In this document: one piece after another, positions 1 to 10,499 of the stretch
Numbering within the stretch: position 1 is the first letter of the stretch
Layout: the number at the start of each line of letters is the position of its first letter
IMG/VR virus record: IMGVR_UViG_3300024946_000002
Length of the DNA: 64,000 nt
Strand: one strand, 5' to 3'
Source: an uncultured virus (IMG/VR IMGVR_UViG_3300024946_000002)
Lineage: Duplodnaviria; Heunggongvirae; Uroviricota; Caudoviricetes
The notes under the pieces: model-generated
Seen by the model: only the letters and a program-made list of their open reading frames with translations
What the model was told of the DNA's origin: nothing
Databases searched by the model: none
Program-made: the position numbers and the translations under genes

Positions 1-379
1 AGTGACCGTCATAGATGAGCGTGTTACCAGCGCCACCGATAAAGCTAATAATGTCGTAAGCACCGTTAGTAGCCGCACCAGCAGTTAACGGCGGCGTTGC
101 ATTCGGGAACTTAAACGCAGCATTCCAAGCAAATACACGCGCAGATGTATCACCAGCTTTTAGCATAAACTTGTACATTGCCTTTTCTGTGATGCCAGTA
201 GGTGCGCCAAACGTAACGGTGATTGCATTAGTCAGTGTCACTTCTCGGATTTGGTCCGCACCATCGAATGTGTAGGTTGATGTAGTTGATACCGCGGCGG
301 TACCGTTATCAGGCACTTGAGTTGCTGTGAATGTGTTGGCTACGTTTTTCTTGACGGTATTGGCATCGAAGGCTTGAAC
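1..379. repeat. Direct repeat, copy 1 (copy 2 at 40109..40487)
   Basis: Hand alignment: 1-127 identical, 27 mismatches in 379 nt, all in the third-codon phase. Confidence 0.95.
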
Positions 380-637
380 AGTTGAGCCAATTGCAGTAGC
401 TCTTATAAAGCCCCAATCCACAGCTGCTAGATCACCCTTTTCAATCCATGCATCATTAGCTGCATTACGTTGTTTTAACTTGCCGCTTGTTGTATCTGCC
501 CACAACATATATGCAAAAGTATCAGCTGGTGCAGTAGCACCACTGTTTACCGTGCCTATCGCCGAAATCAAGTTATTCAGATCAGCCAGAAAGCTGGCCC
601 CATCCTGATCTGCTATGTTGTAATCATGTTGTGCCAT
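1..637 (-). CDS. Tail fibre adaptor of phage A (3' end beyond the window; absent from the ORF track)
   Basis: Hand translation from ATG 637: MAQHDYNIADQDGASFLADLNNLISAIGTVNSGATAP...VQAFDANTVKKNVANTF...; directly follows J; C-terminal part identical in protein to 40092..41171. Confidence 0.88.
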   Translation of the reverse strand, partial: MAQHDYNIADQDGASFLADLNNLISAIGTVNSGATAPADTFAYMLWADTTSGKLKQRNAANDAWIEKGDLAAVDWGFIRATAIGSTVQAFDANTVKKNVANTFTATQVPDNGTAAVSTTSTYTFDGADQIREVTLTNAITVTFGAPTGITEKAMYKFMLKAGDTSARVFAWNAAFKFPNATPPLTAGAATNGAYDIISFIGGAGNTLIYDGH

Positions 638-3600
638 CTAATAACCTTTCGCGTGAAAATCGAATGTGCGCGATATAACTGCACCGGCTGCATTCTTAAA
701 AATAATGGTGAAACCTTCAGTGTCTTTATTGGTGATCTCGTAGTAATCGCCTGTTTGCATGTTTTGCGCGGTAATACCCAAGGCAGGCGGCGCAATAAAT
801 GGGCGTGAATATGTCACCACATAGCCAGTACCAGATGTGCCGCTAGCTATGTCTTCACCAAACGCATCACGGTCTGGCATGTCCACGGTGACAGCTAGAG
901 ATTTAAGTAAGATATTGTGATTAGGGTCCTGCGTAGAGAAGTCCGCTTTAAACTCGTAAGCTCTGGCTGTCCAGTCGCCTACAAAGAACGGTTGCCACTC
1001 AGACCAATCAGGCGTAACTAATGGGTCGTCATCTGTTGTACGCACACTTAAAGCAACACCAACGTCATTGATGTTAGTGCCGGCAAATAGATTCCAACCA
1101 CTAATCAAGCCCCGTTTTGAAATAAAGTCGTTAGCGTCAAATGCACTTACTTCAAGTGCAGCAGTGAGCCTAGAGGTTTGAACGCTACCCAAATCAACAG
1201 ATTCATCAAAGTAATACTCACCACTGCTATTGACACCGCCTTCAGCTGACAAATAACCTAACGTACTTAACAGGCCCCAATCAGAGATCATGCTGGCAGG
1301 AGTGATTTTCAAACCACCGCGCTCAGTGTCATAGACCAGATTATTTTTAGTGCCTAAGAATGCCGGTGACTCAGTGACCGTTTCAGCAACGTTTAATGTA
1401 ATGAGGTTTGATACATTGCTTTTAATCGCAACAGCATTCACAGAAGCATTACCACTAGAATCAACCCACTTAGCCAAGTAAGAACCTGAAAGCAACGGCA
1501 CTGTGGTTGCATTTGAATTACCTGGTATTGATGAGCCAATATCCACCGCAGCAGACCATTCAGGTGTGATTAACTCAGGTGTGTAACGCAAACGAAGATA
1601 CCCGCCAACCAGCACATCTAAATCAGTTGAAGATGCCCAAGTGATATGCGCATAACCTGAAAGCGCAATCATTTGCAGAGATTGCACATCGTTTGGCGGC
1701 GTGGTCTTACCGTAAATTGTCACGTTCACGATTTGAGCTAATGACCTTCTGCCCAATGCGTTCTGTGCATAAAGCGTGAATGTGTAATCACCCTCAGCAA
1801 GCGGTTGAATATCCACAGTGGTATTACTGGTTGTGATGGTGACTGGATTTTGTCCAGGCTTAGAATAGATCAACACGTAATTGTTAATCCCAAGCTGGCT
1901 ATCCCATGAAACTGTGGCCTTTACACCAATCACGCCAACACCAACTAAATACAAAGATTCAGTCACGTTTAAATTAGTCGGCGTTGCTGGCTGGCCAGCA
2001 TTGACAGCACTAGTTTGCAATGGCTCTAAAACTAAGCCCTGCTCTACTGCAGCATACTTATCAGCACGGTAAGCTAGCGCAACAATCTCAAGCTGGGTTT
2101 TATCCACCTCAGCAATAGAAACCACACGCCAAATTTCAGGCACTAAATCACTAGCAGCCACTACCCACATTGAGTAATTTTGAGGGGCGCTAGTAAAGTC
2201 ACTCTCTACCTCAATCACGGTATGTGATCCAGCTGCATTAGTAATAGCTTTGGTTTCAATCTCACCATTCGCTAAGCAACATGAAATTTGGTAAGTCTTG
2301 CCTGCCTCAATAGTAATGGCAGCATCAATCGTCACTTGGCTGGTACTTGCAGCAACCAAACGACCACCCATGCGCTTACCTGCACGCACTGGATCTGTGG
2401 TTTGTATCAAACTACCTGATTGAATAAAGACAGAATCTAAGCCAGCTTTAAACGAAACCGTTTCAACCTCTTCCTGCTCGGTCGTCAGCAACATCTTACC
2501 CAAACGATGTGCTTGCCCACGTGAGGTGCACCCAGCTGCCACAATATCCGTTTGCACTACACCAAAGCGAGAGATTGCATCGTTGTCAGACACATACTCA
2601 ATTTTTGGTAAATAGTTGTCTAACGGGTCAATCCAAGTCACCAACACAACGGTATGGCGTACTTTTACACTTGAACCTGAGTAATTGAATACGCCATCCA
2701 CCACGTTAGCAGGGCTAAAAATCTGCGATACATCTTGTGGCGCATCTTGAGAAACATACACAGAGCCTGATGACCAATACACCATCGCCCTAAAGATTGA
2801 GGCAATGTTAGTAAGTACCTGGTACGCTTGTTCACGTGTTTGCAAATATAGGTTGCAGGTAAAGCGAGGCTCAGAGCCACCGTAGCCATCATCGACAAAC
2901 TCATCACAATATTTACCAATGGCGTACAAACCCCATTTATCAATCATGTCTTCGCCGATTAAATCACCGAGGCCATAACGATTATTGGTAACGATATCGT
3001 AAAAAATCCACGCAGGGTTATCTGTCCAGGCAACAGCAAACGTACCATCCCAAGTGCCGGTATATTCACGGGTCAATGGATTGTAGTTAGATGGTAGCTT
3101 AACTTTAATGCCTTTAATCTCATACCGACGCACTGGAATGCTATTGAACTGGCTAGAGTCAATCTGCAAAGCGACCAATGCCGTGTTTGGATAAGTTAGT
3201 TTTGCATCAATAATCTCAGTGTAGCTATCCCACATTGTGTTGTTCTGCAACGCAATCGAGGTGCTATCTGCTGTGATTCTACGCACACGCACATCCCACT
3301 CATCACCATCGGGCAATGGCACGTAATAAGCACGCTGGTATTTAGAGGTTGTTTTACCTGATATTACGTCTGTGTAAGCAGGTGCATACAGCTCAGCGTA
3401 ACTAATAGAAACAGATCCACCGTATTCAATTCCGGAAGCTACATAAGGGCCCAAGCCATTAAAAACATATTTGATAATACTTCCGCCAGTTTTAAGCACT
3501 CTAAATTCATATAAACCACTTGCCAACGTAAGCGAGAAGGTTTGTGAGCCAGTTGGAGAGGTAAATGAGCCAGGACTGTAATTACCGTTAACAACATCTG

Positions 3601-4309
3601 CCGATCCATTCCCTGAAAATGAATATCCTGTATGGGTAATCCAATCAAGAGCGCCAACTGCTCTATATTGGAGCACTAAAGATAAAGTTTGATTTCCACC
3701 AATGAGCTGACCAACCCAATTAACGGCAATGTTAAATTTATCAGATTCAACTGTATTACTTATAAATTCAGCACCATAAGTAAAGCTACCAGACTGGAAT
3801 ATTTTGCGTAATGGCTGCGGCACAAAACCACCACCATCAGTTTGAACATCGATTGCCACTTCAACCGAAGTGCCATTAATATCGCCGTTAGTTGTATCTT
3901 GCTGGCTTAATTGCGGAACAGACAACGTGACGCGCACAGCCGTATTGTTAGAATTGGTAATCGAGCGAACAACACTTGAAGCCTGCTTAATCTGTACACC
4001 CACTGGCCCCTCAGCTTCAGCTGCAGAAAAGCCTGGTATATATTCCTGAGACTGAGTGCCATTGCGTGTTGATACGGTCACACCAGTAAAGTTGAATGTA
4101 CCATCAGCGTTTTGTAGTGGCGTATCATCTAGGTAAATTGATTTTAATCCATCCACCAAGCCTTCGATTTCACCTTCACTGATTACATCAATGATGTTGG
4201 CGTACTGAGTAGATTTAAGCGAGTCAGGCGCTTCAACAGCAACACGACCACTGCCACCACCGCCGCCTTTACCACCACCGCCACCATGTCCTTTAATGAT
4301 TTCAGTCAT
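638..4309 (-). CDS. Tail tip / host specificity protein J-like
   Basis: 1223 aa; AWTDNPAWIFYD, EPRFTCN and GCTSRGQAHRLGK motifs of the lambda J family; position after L-K-I. Confidence 0.93.
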   Translation of the reverse strand: MTEIIKGHGGGGGKGGGGGSGRVAVEAPDSLKSTQYANIIDVISEGEIEGLVDGLKSIYLDDTPLQNADGTFNFTGVTVSTRNGTQSQEYIPGFSAAEAEGPVGVQIKQASSVVRSITNSNNTAVRVTLSVPQLSQQDTTNGDINGTSVEVAIDVQTDGGGFVPQPLRKIFQSGSFTYGAEFISNTVESDKFNIAVNWVGQLIGGNQTLSLVLQYRAVGALDWITHTGYSFSGNGSADVVNGNYSPGSFTSPTGSQTFSLTLASGLYEFRVLKTGGSIIKYVFNGLGPYVASGIEYGGSVSISYAELYAPAYTDVISGKTTSKYQRAYYVPLPDGDEWDVRVRRITADSTSIALQNNTMWDSYTEIIDAKLTYPNTALVALQIDSSQFNSIPVRRYEIKGIKVKLPSNYNPLTREYTGTWDGTFAVAWTDNPAWIFYDIVTNNRYGLGDLIGEDMIDKWGLYAIGKYCDEFVDDGYGGSEPRFTCNLYLQTREQAYQVLTNIASIFRAMVYWSSGSVYVSQDAPQDVSQIFSPANVVDGVFNYSGSSVKVRHTVVLVTWIDPLDNYLPKIEYVSDNDAISRFGVVQTDIVAAGCTSRGQAHRLGKMLLTTEQEEVETVSFKAGLDSVFIQSGSLIQTTDPVRAGKRMGGRLVAASTSQVTIDAAITIEAGKTYQISCCLANGEIETKAITNAAGSHTVIEVESDFTSAPQNYSMWVVAASDLVPEIWRVVSIAEVDKTQLEIVALAYRADKYAAVEQGLVLEPLQTSAVNAGQPATPTNLNVTESLYLVGVGVIGVKATVSWDSQLGINNYVLIYSKPGQNPVTITTSNTTVDIQPLAEGDYTFTLYAQNALGRRSLAQIVNVTIYGKTTPPNDVQSLQMIALSGYAHITWASSTDLDVLVGGYLRLRYTPELITPEWSAAVDIGSSIPGNSNATTVPLLSGSYLAKWVDSSGNASVNAVAIKSNVSNLITLNVAETVTESPAFLGTKNNLVYDTERGGLKITPASMISDWGLLSTLGYLSAEGGVNSSGEYYFDESVDLGSVQTSRLTAALEVSAFDANDFISKRGLISGWNLFAGTNINDVGVALSVRTTDDDPLVTPDWSEWQPFFVGDWTARAYEFKADFSTQDPNHNILLKSLAVTVDMPDRDAFGEDIASGTSGTGYVVTYSRPFIAPPALGITAQNMQTGDYYEITNKDTEGFTIIFKNAAGAVISRTFDFHAKGY

Positions 4310-4896
4310 AGTTGCGCCACGCTAAATCCAACAGAAACAACTTGAGAGCCAATGCCCATCTTGCCATAGCAAACAGGCACAGGATTACCTTGGCCAGTGA
4401 CATTCACCGCCCCTGAAAATGAAGTATTAGGAATATTTTCTGCACGCTCACCAGCATTCTTTTGTGCTTTTGGCGGTGCAAACAACATTTGAGAAACGCC
4501 ACCAAGCAATAAAGAGAAGCCAATCCCAGAAGCAATGCCAGACAGGCTAAATGAGAACGAGCTCATGGTGCTTAAGTAAGTAGTGCCAGGTAAGTAGAAA
4601 GATGCACCAATCAAGGCAGCACCCAGCAAAGCCTTACCTAAACCACCACTACCAGAAACAATAGGCACGATCTTGATTGTCTTAGATGTACCAACGTGCA
4701 ATTTTTCTTGGCTTGAGCGGTTATCACCACCAGCCAATACTTTGTAATAAGCCTGCCCATCCTGAATGATGGCATCTTTAAAATCTGCATAATTGGCACA
4801 GAAAGCACGAATCACCTCAGCTGGTGTTCTTGCATTCAGCTGATGCACCTTGCCGTATCTGTCGGCTAAAAACCCGTAAAGAATCACAGTTAACAT
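4306..4896 (-). CDS. Tail assembly protein I-like
   Basis: MLTVILYGFL start, GNPVPVCYG motif; start moved to ATG 4896 overlapping the K stop. Confidence 0.88.
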   Translation of the reverse strand: MLTVILYGFLADRYGKVHQLNARTPAEVIRAFCANYADFKDAIIQDGQAYYKVLAGGDNRSSQEKLHVGTSKTIKIVPIVSGSGGLGKALLGAALIGASFYLPGTTYLSTMSSFSFSLSGIASGIGFSLLLGGVSQMLFAPPKAQKNAGERAENIPNTSFSGAVNVTGQGNPVPVCYGKMGIGSQVVSVGFSVAQL

Positions 4897-5597
4897 AGGG
4901 ATTGATGCCTCAATATTTTTGAAGTGATTTTTCTCCAATAGCCGCCATACACATCACGGCTTGAGGCCTTGCCAAACACATGGTGCAAAATCACGTTATC
5001 AGCCACATACACAGCGCAATGGTTAGGCACTTGGCTAGCCACTTGCATCAAGATAATGTCGTGCAGCTGTGGACTATCCACCTCCACAAAGCCAGCTGCT
5101 TGGTAGTTGTCTAGGTAAAGGTTATCGCCTTTATTCCACCACTCCACATCACGTGGATAATCAATCATTTCAATACCAAGCTCGCGCTTGTAGTAATCAC
5201 GCCAGATGGCATAGCAATCAGTAATGCCATGCACAAAATGACGGCCCACATAAGGTGCCACATAGCCACTAGGCTCTGTATATGTCCAGGTATGCAACGG
5301 GTAATTCATAATCAAATATGGCAGCTGATGACGCTCAATCTCAATCAAATCAGCTTGGCTAGGCGCAGGGTTAACATTGATATGAGAATGCACCACGCAA
5401 ACAACCTTGTACTTGTCGCAAGCATCTGCATACTCAGCAGGATCAATCGCAAAATCACTATCACGAGGCGCAACGTTGGTGCATGGCAAGTACATTTGCT
5501 TACGGCGATGACTTACCACCAAGCCGCAAACTTCACGCCTTGGTGAGCTTGTCACGTGTGCTTTTACTGCCTCTAAAATATGGTCTGCAATCGTCAT
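4890..5597 (-). CDS. Tail tip protein K-like (JAB plus NlpC/P60)
   Basis: EVCG...HSH...PSQAD JAB motif; DCY and HCAVY NlpC/P60 motifs. Confidence 0.92.
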   Translation of the reverse strand: MTIADHILEAVKAHVTSSPRREVCGLVVSHRRKQMYLPCTNVAPRDSDFAIDPAEYADACDKYKVVCVVHSHINVNPAPSQADLIEIERHQLPYLIMNYPLHTWTYTEPSGYVAPYVGRHFVHGITDCYAIWRDYYKRELGIEMIDYPRDVEWWNKGDNLYLDNYQAAGFVEVDSPQLHDIILMQVASQVPNHCAVYVADNVILHHVFGKASSRDVYGGYWRKITSKILRHQSLC

Positions 5598-5599
5598 GG

Positions 5600-6292
5600 T
5601 TATCTAATCAACTTAATCGCAGGGAAACCGCCATAAGGCAGTGGATTGTTACCAAAACGTAAACGGCATGAGCGCAATCTTTTACCGCAATCATCAAGCG
5701 ACAAATCAGCAGTAGGGTTATCGCTTTTATCAGCCACAGCACCACCAGCATAACTACACTCAGATGAGCGATAAGCCCAGGTGCAAACGTTTTGAATACA
5801 TTGGCGTCGTGGCAACATAACGCCTTCAAGATCTAAAGCACTGGCAAGCTCCCACTCCACCATTACTTTGTTTTCATTGGCTTTGCGGTCGATGAAATAA
5901 ACCTCTTCATCCAATGCAGCATTAGGGTCTGCACTAGGGTTTACACCGCCCTCGAAGTTCACCGCATCAAGGTATTTTAAGAAAGTGCGACGGCGTATAA
6001 ATTTAACGCGTACCAGATCATCATTCTCACGAGACAAACTACCAATCAAACCATCCACGTTAGCAACACGTAACGTTGGTCTAGCCTGCTTACCATTGCC
6101 ATTTCGCTCAAAGCCCTCAGCATCAATCGGCAGCCTAGTGTAAGTAATGCCATTAAACACAACATCACCTAAAAGGACATTCACACCGTTATGAAAATAA
6201 TAATGCTCATCAATGCCAATAGTATTAAGATCAAGCTCAAACAGCTCAATCAAGTTACCGCCATCAGATTTTTGAATGTCTGAAGTAATCAT
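5600..6292 (-). CDS. Minor tail protein L-like
   Basis: LPRRQ...CTWAYRSSECSY...DDCGKRLRSCRLRFG...YGGFP Cys pattern. Confidence 0.92.
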   Translation of the reverse strand: MITSDIQKSDGGNLIELFELDLNTIGIDEHYYFHNGVNVLLGDVVFNGITYTRLPIDAEGFERNGNGKQARPTLRVANVDGLIGSLSRENDDLVRVKFIRRRTFLKYLDAVNFEGGVNPSADPNAALDEEVYFIDRKANENKVMVEWELASALDLEGVMLPRRQCIQNVCTWAYRSSECSYAGGAVADKSDNPTADLSLDDCGKRLRSCRLRFGNNPLPYGGFPAIKLIR

Positions 6293-6618
6293 TCAAACAC
6301 CCTTCTAAATTTTGTGGTGATACTAGAGGCATTCGCTGAAATGACCGGTTCCGACCAATCATCACAAACAACTCTAATTTCAGAAAAACCAAATGGCGTC
6401 CAAGTGAAAGAGGTCACACCAGCCTTTGAAGTTAAGAATGCATCAATTGCTTGAATCTCAGCCAAAGTACCTTTAAAAGTTAAATTCCAGTCAGTCTTAA
6501 TGGTGTTAATGCCATCACCGACACGTTGCTCGTAGCCATCCCCAAATGAGACAGTAAGCACCCTTGGTTTTTTATTGATGACAGGGTTTGATGTTGGTAG
6601 CCAAGTAAATTCACTCAT
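6289..6618 (-). CDS. Minor tail protein M-like (distal tail)
   Basis: FGDGYEQR and SFTWTP motifs; follows the tape measure gene. Confidence 0.9.
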   Translation of the reverse strand: MSEFTWLPTSNPVINKKPRVLTVSFGDGYEQRVGDGINTIKTDWNLTFKGTLAEIQAIDAFLTSKAGVTSFTWTPFGFSEIRVVCDDWSEPVISANASSITTKFRRVFE

Positions 6619-8717
6619 GCCAACAGCCCGCCTTGCCTTTTTTCACTAATCAATACAGAGCGCACAGCACCAGCTATCTGCCTGCCTAGATCATTGCCTT
6701 TTTCGTTATTACCTTGCACATTGCTGCCTGTAGCATCAACGCTTACACTGACGCTTATTTGGTTGCTACTTCCACCAAATCCATTTGGGATGATCGTTCC
6801 TGGTGCATCCGGAATGAACAACTCTGGGCCACGCTCACCAACCACAGAAATTTTATTTAATGGAGGGCGGCCACCATCAGCAAAAAAGCCACCAAAGAAA
6901 TCTTTAGCCACACCACCAATACCGCTACCAATGCCACTAAACGCCTCAGATAAAGGCTCTGTTACTAACTTACGCGTAGCAATTCTTATCAGGTCTTTTT
7001 CTATACCCAACAATACATCGCCTAAACTTTTATAATTAACAATGGCATCTTCAGCAGCTGAACTAAAAACAAAACCAAGCTCACGACCAGAGTCGCTAGC
7101 TTTATTTACTTTTGTTTTAAGCGTTTCTACTTCTTGATAAGTTTCACGCAACGCCTCAATCTCTTCAGCACTTAATCCTAAGCCCTGCTCTGCTAAATCA
7201 TTTAATGTTCTTTGTAGTGAAATCTCTACATTCCTAGCTGCAATTTTTTCCTGCTGAGCTTGCTGCGACAGTCCTTGAATTGAAAGCTGGAATTGAAGCT
7301 CTTCGGTTTCTTGATTAATGGTAGCCAGCATTTTTTCATAAGCATCAATAGCTAGTTGTTGCTGCTGCTGAGCCTTAGTCTCTATATCAAACTGCTCGTT
7401 CTGTAACTCAATTTCAGTTTCAATCGCGCGGATATCACCTTCGTTAAAAAGCTTTTCATCTTCAATCAACTGTAATTTCTGATCAGCCCTAGCTTTTTCC
7501 AACTCCATCAATGAAGCGGTTTCTTGCTGAAGGTTAAGCAACTGGACAATTGCCTCATCGCCAATACCCTGCTGCTTCAATCTAGCAATCGTTTTTGCAT
7601 CCTCAAGAGGAACGCCTTGCGCTATCAACCGATTTTCTTGTTGGATGAGAGCGATCTGATCTTGCAAGGTTTGGATTGGGGATTTTGACGTTGATGCAGG
7701 GTCAAGCACTTCGGTTGCTGTTTCAGTAGCATTGCCACTTGTATTCTTTTTAGGATTGTCTTTTAAATAACGCGCTTCTAATTCAGCGGTAATTTCAGTC
7801 AACTCTTTTCTAAAACCAATAATATTCATACGCATGTTTTTGCGTATGACAGCATTTGCACCTTCTGACTCTGCTTTTGATAAAGCCTGCTCTCGTTCAG
7901 AAATAACAGTCAATAATTGAAGTTGTCTACTTTCTAAGTTGGCTTGTTCAGTGCCTACAGCAGCAATTTTTACTGTATTACCAATAGCAGCTAATGTAGC
8001 GACAAACAAACCAGCTTTTTTATTGTTTTCTATAAAGTTATCTGTAATCTCATTGAGAGATGGCAGCAACTTACTAGCAATTTCAACACTTGTATTGCCT
8101 GCTTTAGCTTTAAGCAAATCTAACTTGTCGTTAAACTCTCCTGCATTCTTAGTGTTTTCATCTGTAACGCCTGATAACTCGCGTCCAGCCTTAATTTGCT
8201 CACGTAAAGCATCACCACCCTGAAGCAATGAAGGTAATAATTCCTCGTAGCTTTTACCAAGGAATTTATTAGCCAATGCATTACGTGTTTGTACATCCTC
8301 AATACTGGATATCACGTCTGCAAGCTGAATATAGGCTTCTAATGGATCTTTAGCTGTAATGCCTAGTTTTTTAGCGGCCTCGCCATTTTGTGCAAGAAAT
8401 ACTGATAGCTTATTAACACCCTTACCTAATGACTCTAAAGAAGTGTCTGAAAGCAAAGCAACTTGACGAAGCCCAGCTAAATTTGATGCAGCAACACCAG
8501 TGCGATCACTTAGGTCGCCTAGCATGTCTAAGGTATCAATACCGCCTTTAGTAAACGCTGTGAAAGTTGCAGCACCAAGGAATGGCATTAATCTACCAAT
8601 GACACCATTCAGCGTAACAGCAGCACCCTCAACCTTACCTAAGCCAGTTTGAACACTGTTAAATGCAGCCTTGGTACTATCAACGGCACTGATGATTATT
8701 TTTGATTCTTCAGCCAT
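6615..8717 (-). CDS. Tail tape measure protein
   Basis: 700 aa helical; C-terminal FADGG...VGERGPELFIP; gene order. Confidence 0.9.
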   Translation of the reverse strand: MAEESKIIISAVDSTKAAFNSVQTGLGKVEGAAVTLNGVIGRLMPFLGAATFTAFTKGGIDTLDMLGDLSDRTGVAASNLAGLRQVALLSDTSLESLGKGVNKLSVFLAQNGEAAKKLGITAKDPLEAYIQLADVISSIEDVQTRNALANKFLGKSYEELLPSLLQGGDALREQIKAGRELSGVTDENTKNAGEFNDKLDLLKAKAGNTSVEIASKLLPSLNEITDNFIENNKKAGLFVATLAAIGNTVKIAAVGTEQANLESRQLQLLTVISEREQALSKAESEGANAVIRKNMRMNIIGFRKELTEITAELEARYLKDNPKKNTSGNATETATEVLDPASTSKSPIQTLQDQIALIQQENRLIAQGVPLEDAKTIARLKQQGIGDEAIVQLLNLQQETASLMELEKARADQKLQLIEDEKLFNEGDIRAIETEIELQNEQFDIETKAQQQQQLAIDAYEKMLATINQETEELQFQLSIQGLSQQAQQEKIAARNVEISLQRTLNDLAEQGLGLSAEEIEALRETYQEVETLKTKVNKASDSGRELGFVFSSAAEDAIVNYKSLGDVLLGIEKDLIRIATRKLVTEPLSEAFSGIGSGIGGVAKDFFGGFFADGGRPPLNKISVVGERGPELFIPDAPGTIIPNGFGGSSNQISVSVSVDATGSNVQGNNEKGNDLGRQIAGAVRSVLISEKRQGGLLA

Positions 8718-9032
8718 TGCCTAAAACCTCTAAAGCGGCGTGTTGCATACAAATGATGTTGGATAACATTTCTTTTTGATTTGAAACCTCCATCATCTTC
8801 ATCACCGCTCCTAATGCTAATTTATCAATTGATTTGTACTGACCTTGCGGGGTAATTTTCCAATCGTCGCTACAGGCACAAAAAACCTGCATAGCCTCTA
8901 GGTTCATTTCCCACAACTCAAAGTAATCTTGAGTCTGACTATCTGCCACCAAGCCAAATGCTTTTAAAGCATCTACCTGATCTTGATTTTCATCTTGGCC
9001 GCCATTTGCCCACCATCTGGCGGCGGCCTCTA
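8710..9032 (-). CDS. Tail chaperone gpT-like part, reached by -1 frameshift
   Basis: The -1 frame after A AAA AAC reads LEAAARWWANGG...LVADSQTQDYFELWEMN open into ORF 8710..8952. Confidence 0.8.
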
Positions 9033-9039
9033 GTTTTTT
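8997..9039 (-). other. Programmed -1 frameshift signal
   Basis: Heptamer AAAAAAC at 9033-9039 followed by GGCCGCC...GGCGGCC hairpin. Confidence 0.82.
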
Positions 9040-9356
9040 CTTCTAGCACCTAATATTTCACGTAAGAAAGCGTTGGCAATATCTTGCCCAGCAGTGTGAT
9101 AACCAACTATTAGTTGATTAAGATTTTCAGGTGTGTATGTCGCTTGTGAACCATCCTCAAGCAGCACATCATTCCAACCAACAATCACCTCTTTCAATGC
9201 CTCTTCAACGGGTTTACTGCCGTGTTTTTTCTGCCACTCAGCTAACTGCTCTTTATCAAGATACTTAAAAGTAACTTTGATTTTCCCTGGCTCAGCACCA
9301 GCAACATGCAATTCAACATCAGTTGTAAAGGTAGGGTTTGGAGTAATCTTGAACAT
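9030..9356 (-). CDS. Tail assembly chaperone gpG-like
   Basis: MFKITPNPTF start, ends ARRKN at the slippery site; lies between tube and tape measure genes. Confidence 0.88.
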   Translation of the reverse strand: MFKITPNPTFTTDVELHVAGAEPGKIKVTFKYLDKEQLAEWQKKHGSKPVEEALKEVIVGWNDVLLEDGSQATYTPENLNQLIVGYHTAGQDIANAFLREILGARRKN

Positions 9357-9358
9357 AA

Positions 9359-10321
9359 CTACAAGCTCACAATTCTTAATTCATCATTACCTGATGCTGG
9401 CAAGCATCTAATGTCATAACCAATCAAGCGTTTTCCGTTAATTTCTTGTTTACTTGGGTTAATCATTTGGAAAGATGGCGCATGTAATAAAACCTTATAT
9501 CCATCAGCAGTACCGTGAATCAAACTTAAGGTTTCAAGCGTATTAGCTTTTACTGCTGCCATAAATGAAACTTCTTGCGCCGCTGTGAGATCTAGCTGCA
9601 ATGAGCCAGTAATATCACGCTGCGTTAAATCAACCGTTTCACCACCAAGTAGCGGCGTAAAGTTCACTGCATTAGCTACGTTTAAACTTAACCCACGTGA
9701 AGGCCATGCAGTGCCGCCCGTAATAGCACCAGCCGAATAAGTACCACCAAACAGCAAATCACCAGTATTTGAGTCAGTAATCACATCAGGCTGCTTCCAG
9801 GCACTTAACGTAGTGCTAGGGTTGCTAACAGCAGAAACACCACCATCCAATAAGATAAATTTGAATTTAAATACAGGACGTTCACCGACACCAGCTGCTA
9901 TCTCTACACTGCCTCGACCGCCAAAACCTTTATGCAATACACCATCGTCATACCAATAAACTGTTGCACTCTCTAATGAATCAGTCACTGGCGTATAGTC
10001 AACACGCTCATCAGCAGTGACAACTTCACCAAATCCACAAGCCCGCAATGCTGCACCCCACTTTGGAGCAACACCAAGCGCGCCAGAACCTTGAAGCTCT
10101 ACATCAAAACCCATCTCAACGTAACTGGTACCGACCAACTCTTCACTGCTCCCTAAATAAGCGCGGATTAAATCTCGCGGCACATTTTGAGCATTCAGCG
10201 GGTTAATACTTAAGTTAGAAACGAGTTGAGCGTTATCGGCACCTGTAGGCACTGGGTCAACGCCATAAGTAGTTTCAAGTTTAAGTAAAATTGCAGTTTT
10301 ACGAATCAGACGGTTTGCCAT
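9359..10321 (-). CDS. Major tail tube protein
   Basis: 320 aa; ETTYGVD N-terminus, LRACGFGE; gene order. Confidence 0.85.
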   Translation of the reverse strand: MANRLIRKTAILLKLETTYGVDPVPTGADNAQLVSNLSINPLNAQNVPRDLIRAYLGSSEELVGTSYVEMGFDVELQGSGALGVAPKWGAALRACGFGEVVTADERVDYTPVTDSLESATVYWYDDGVLHKGFGGRGSVEIAAGVGERPVFKFKFILLDGGVSAVSNPSTTLSAWKQPDVITDSNTGDLLFGGTYSAGAITGGTAWPSRGLSLNVANAVNFTPLLGGETVDLTQRDITGSLQLDLTAAQEVSFMAAVKANTLETLSLIHGTADGYKVLLHAPSFQMINPSKQEINGKRLIGYDIRCLPASGNDELRIVSL

Positions 10322-10323
10322 GT

Positions 10324-10491
10324 TTATTCCTTCGGAATGTCAGTACCAGCTGCATCATTAGCTGGGTTTGTTTTTTGTAGATCAGCTTGGTTTACTGCCA
10401 AGCTACCATCCTTGTTACGCACATAAGAACCACCGCCTTGCGGGTTTTGGTCTATCACTTCCGTGCTATTAATTGCTTTATTAGTTGCCAT
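10324..10491 (-). CDS. Small 55-aa protein (below ORF-track cutoff)
   Basis: MATNKAINSTEVIDQNPQGGGSYVRNKDG...; fills the intergenic gap, purine-rich RBS upstream. Confidence 0.7.
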   Translation of the reverse strand: MATNKAINSTEVIDQNPQGGGSYVRNKDGSLAVNQADLQKTNPANDAAGTDIPKE

Positions 10492-10499
10492 AACTCTCT

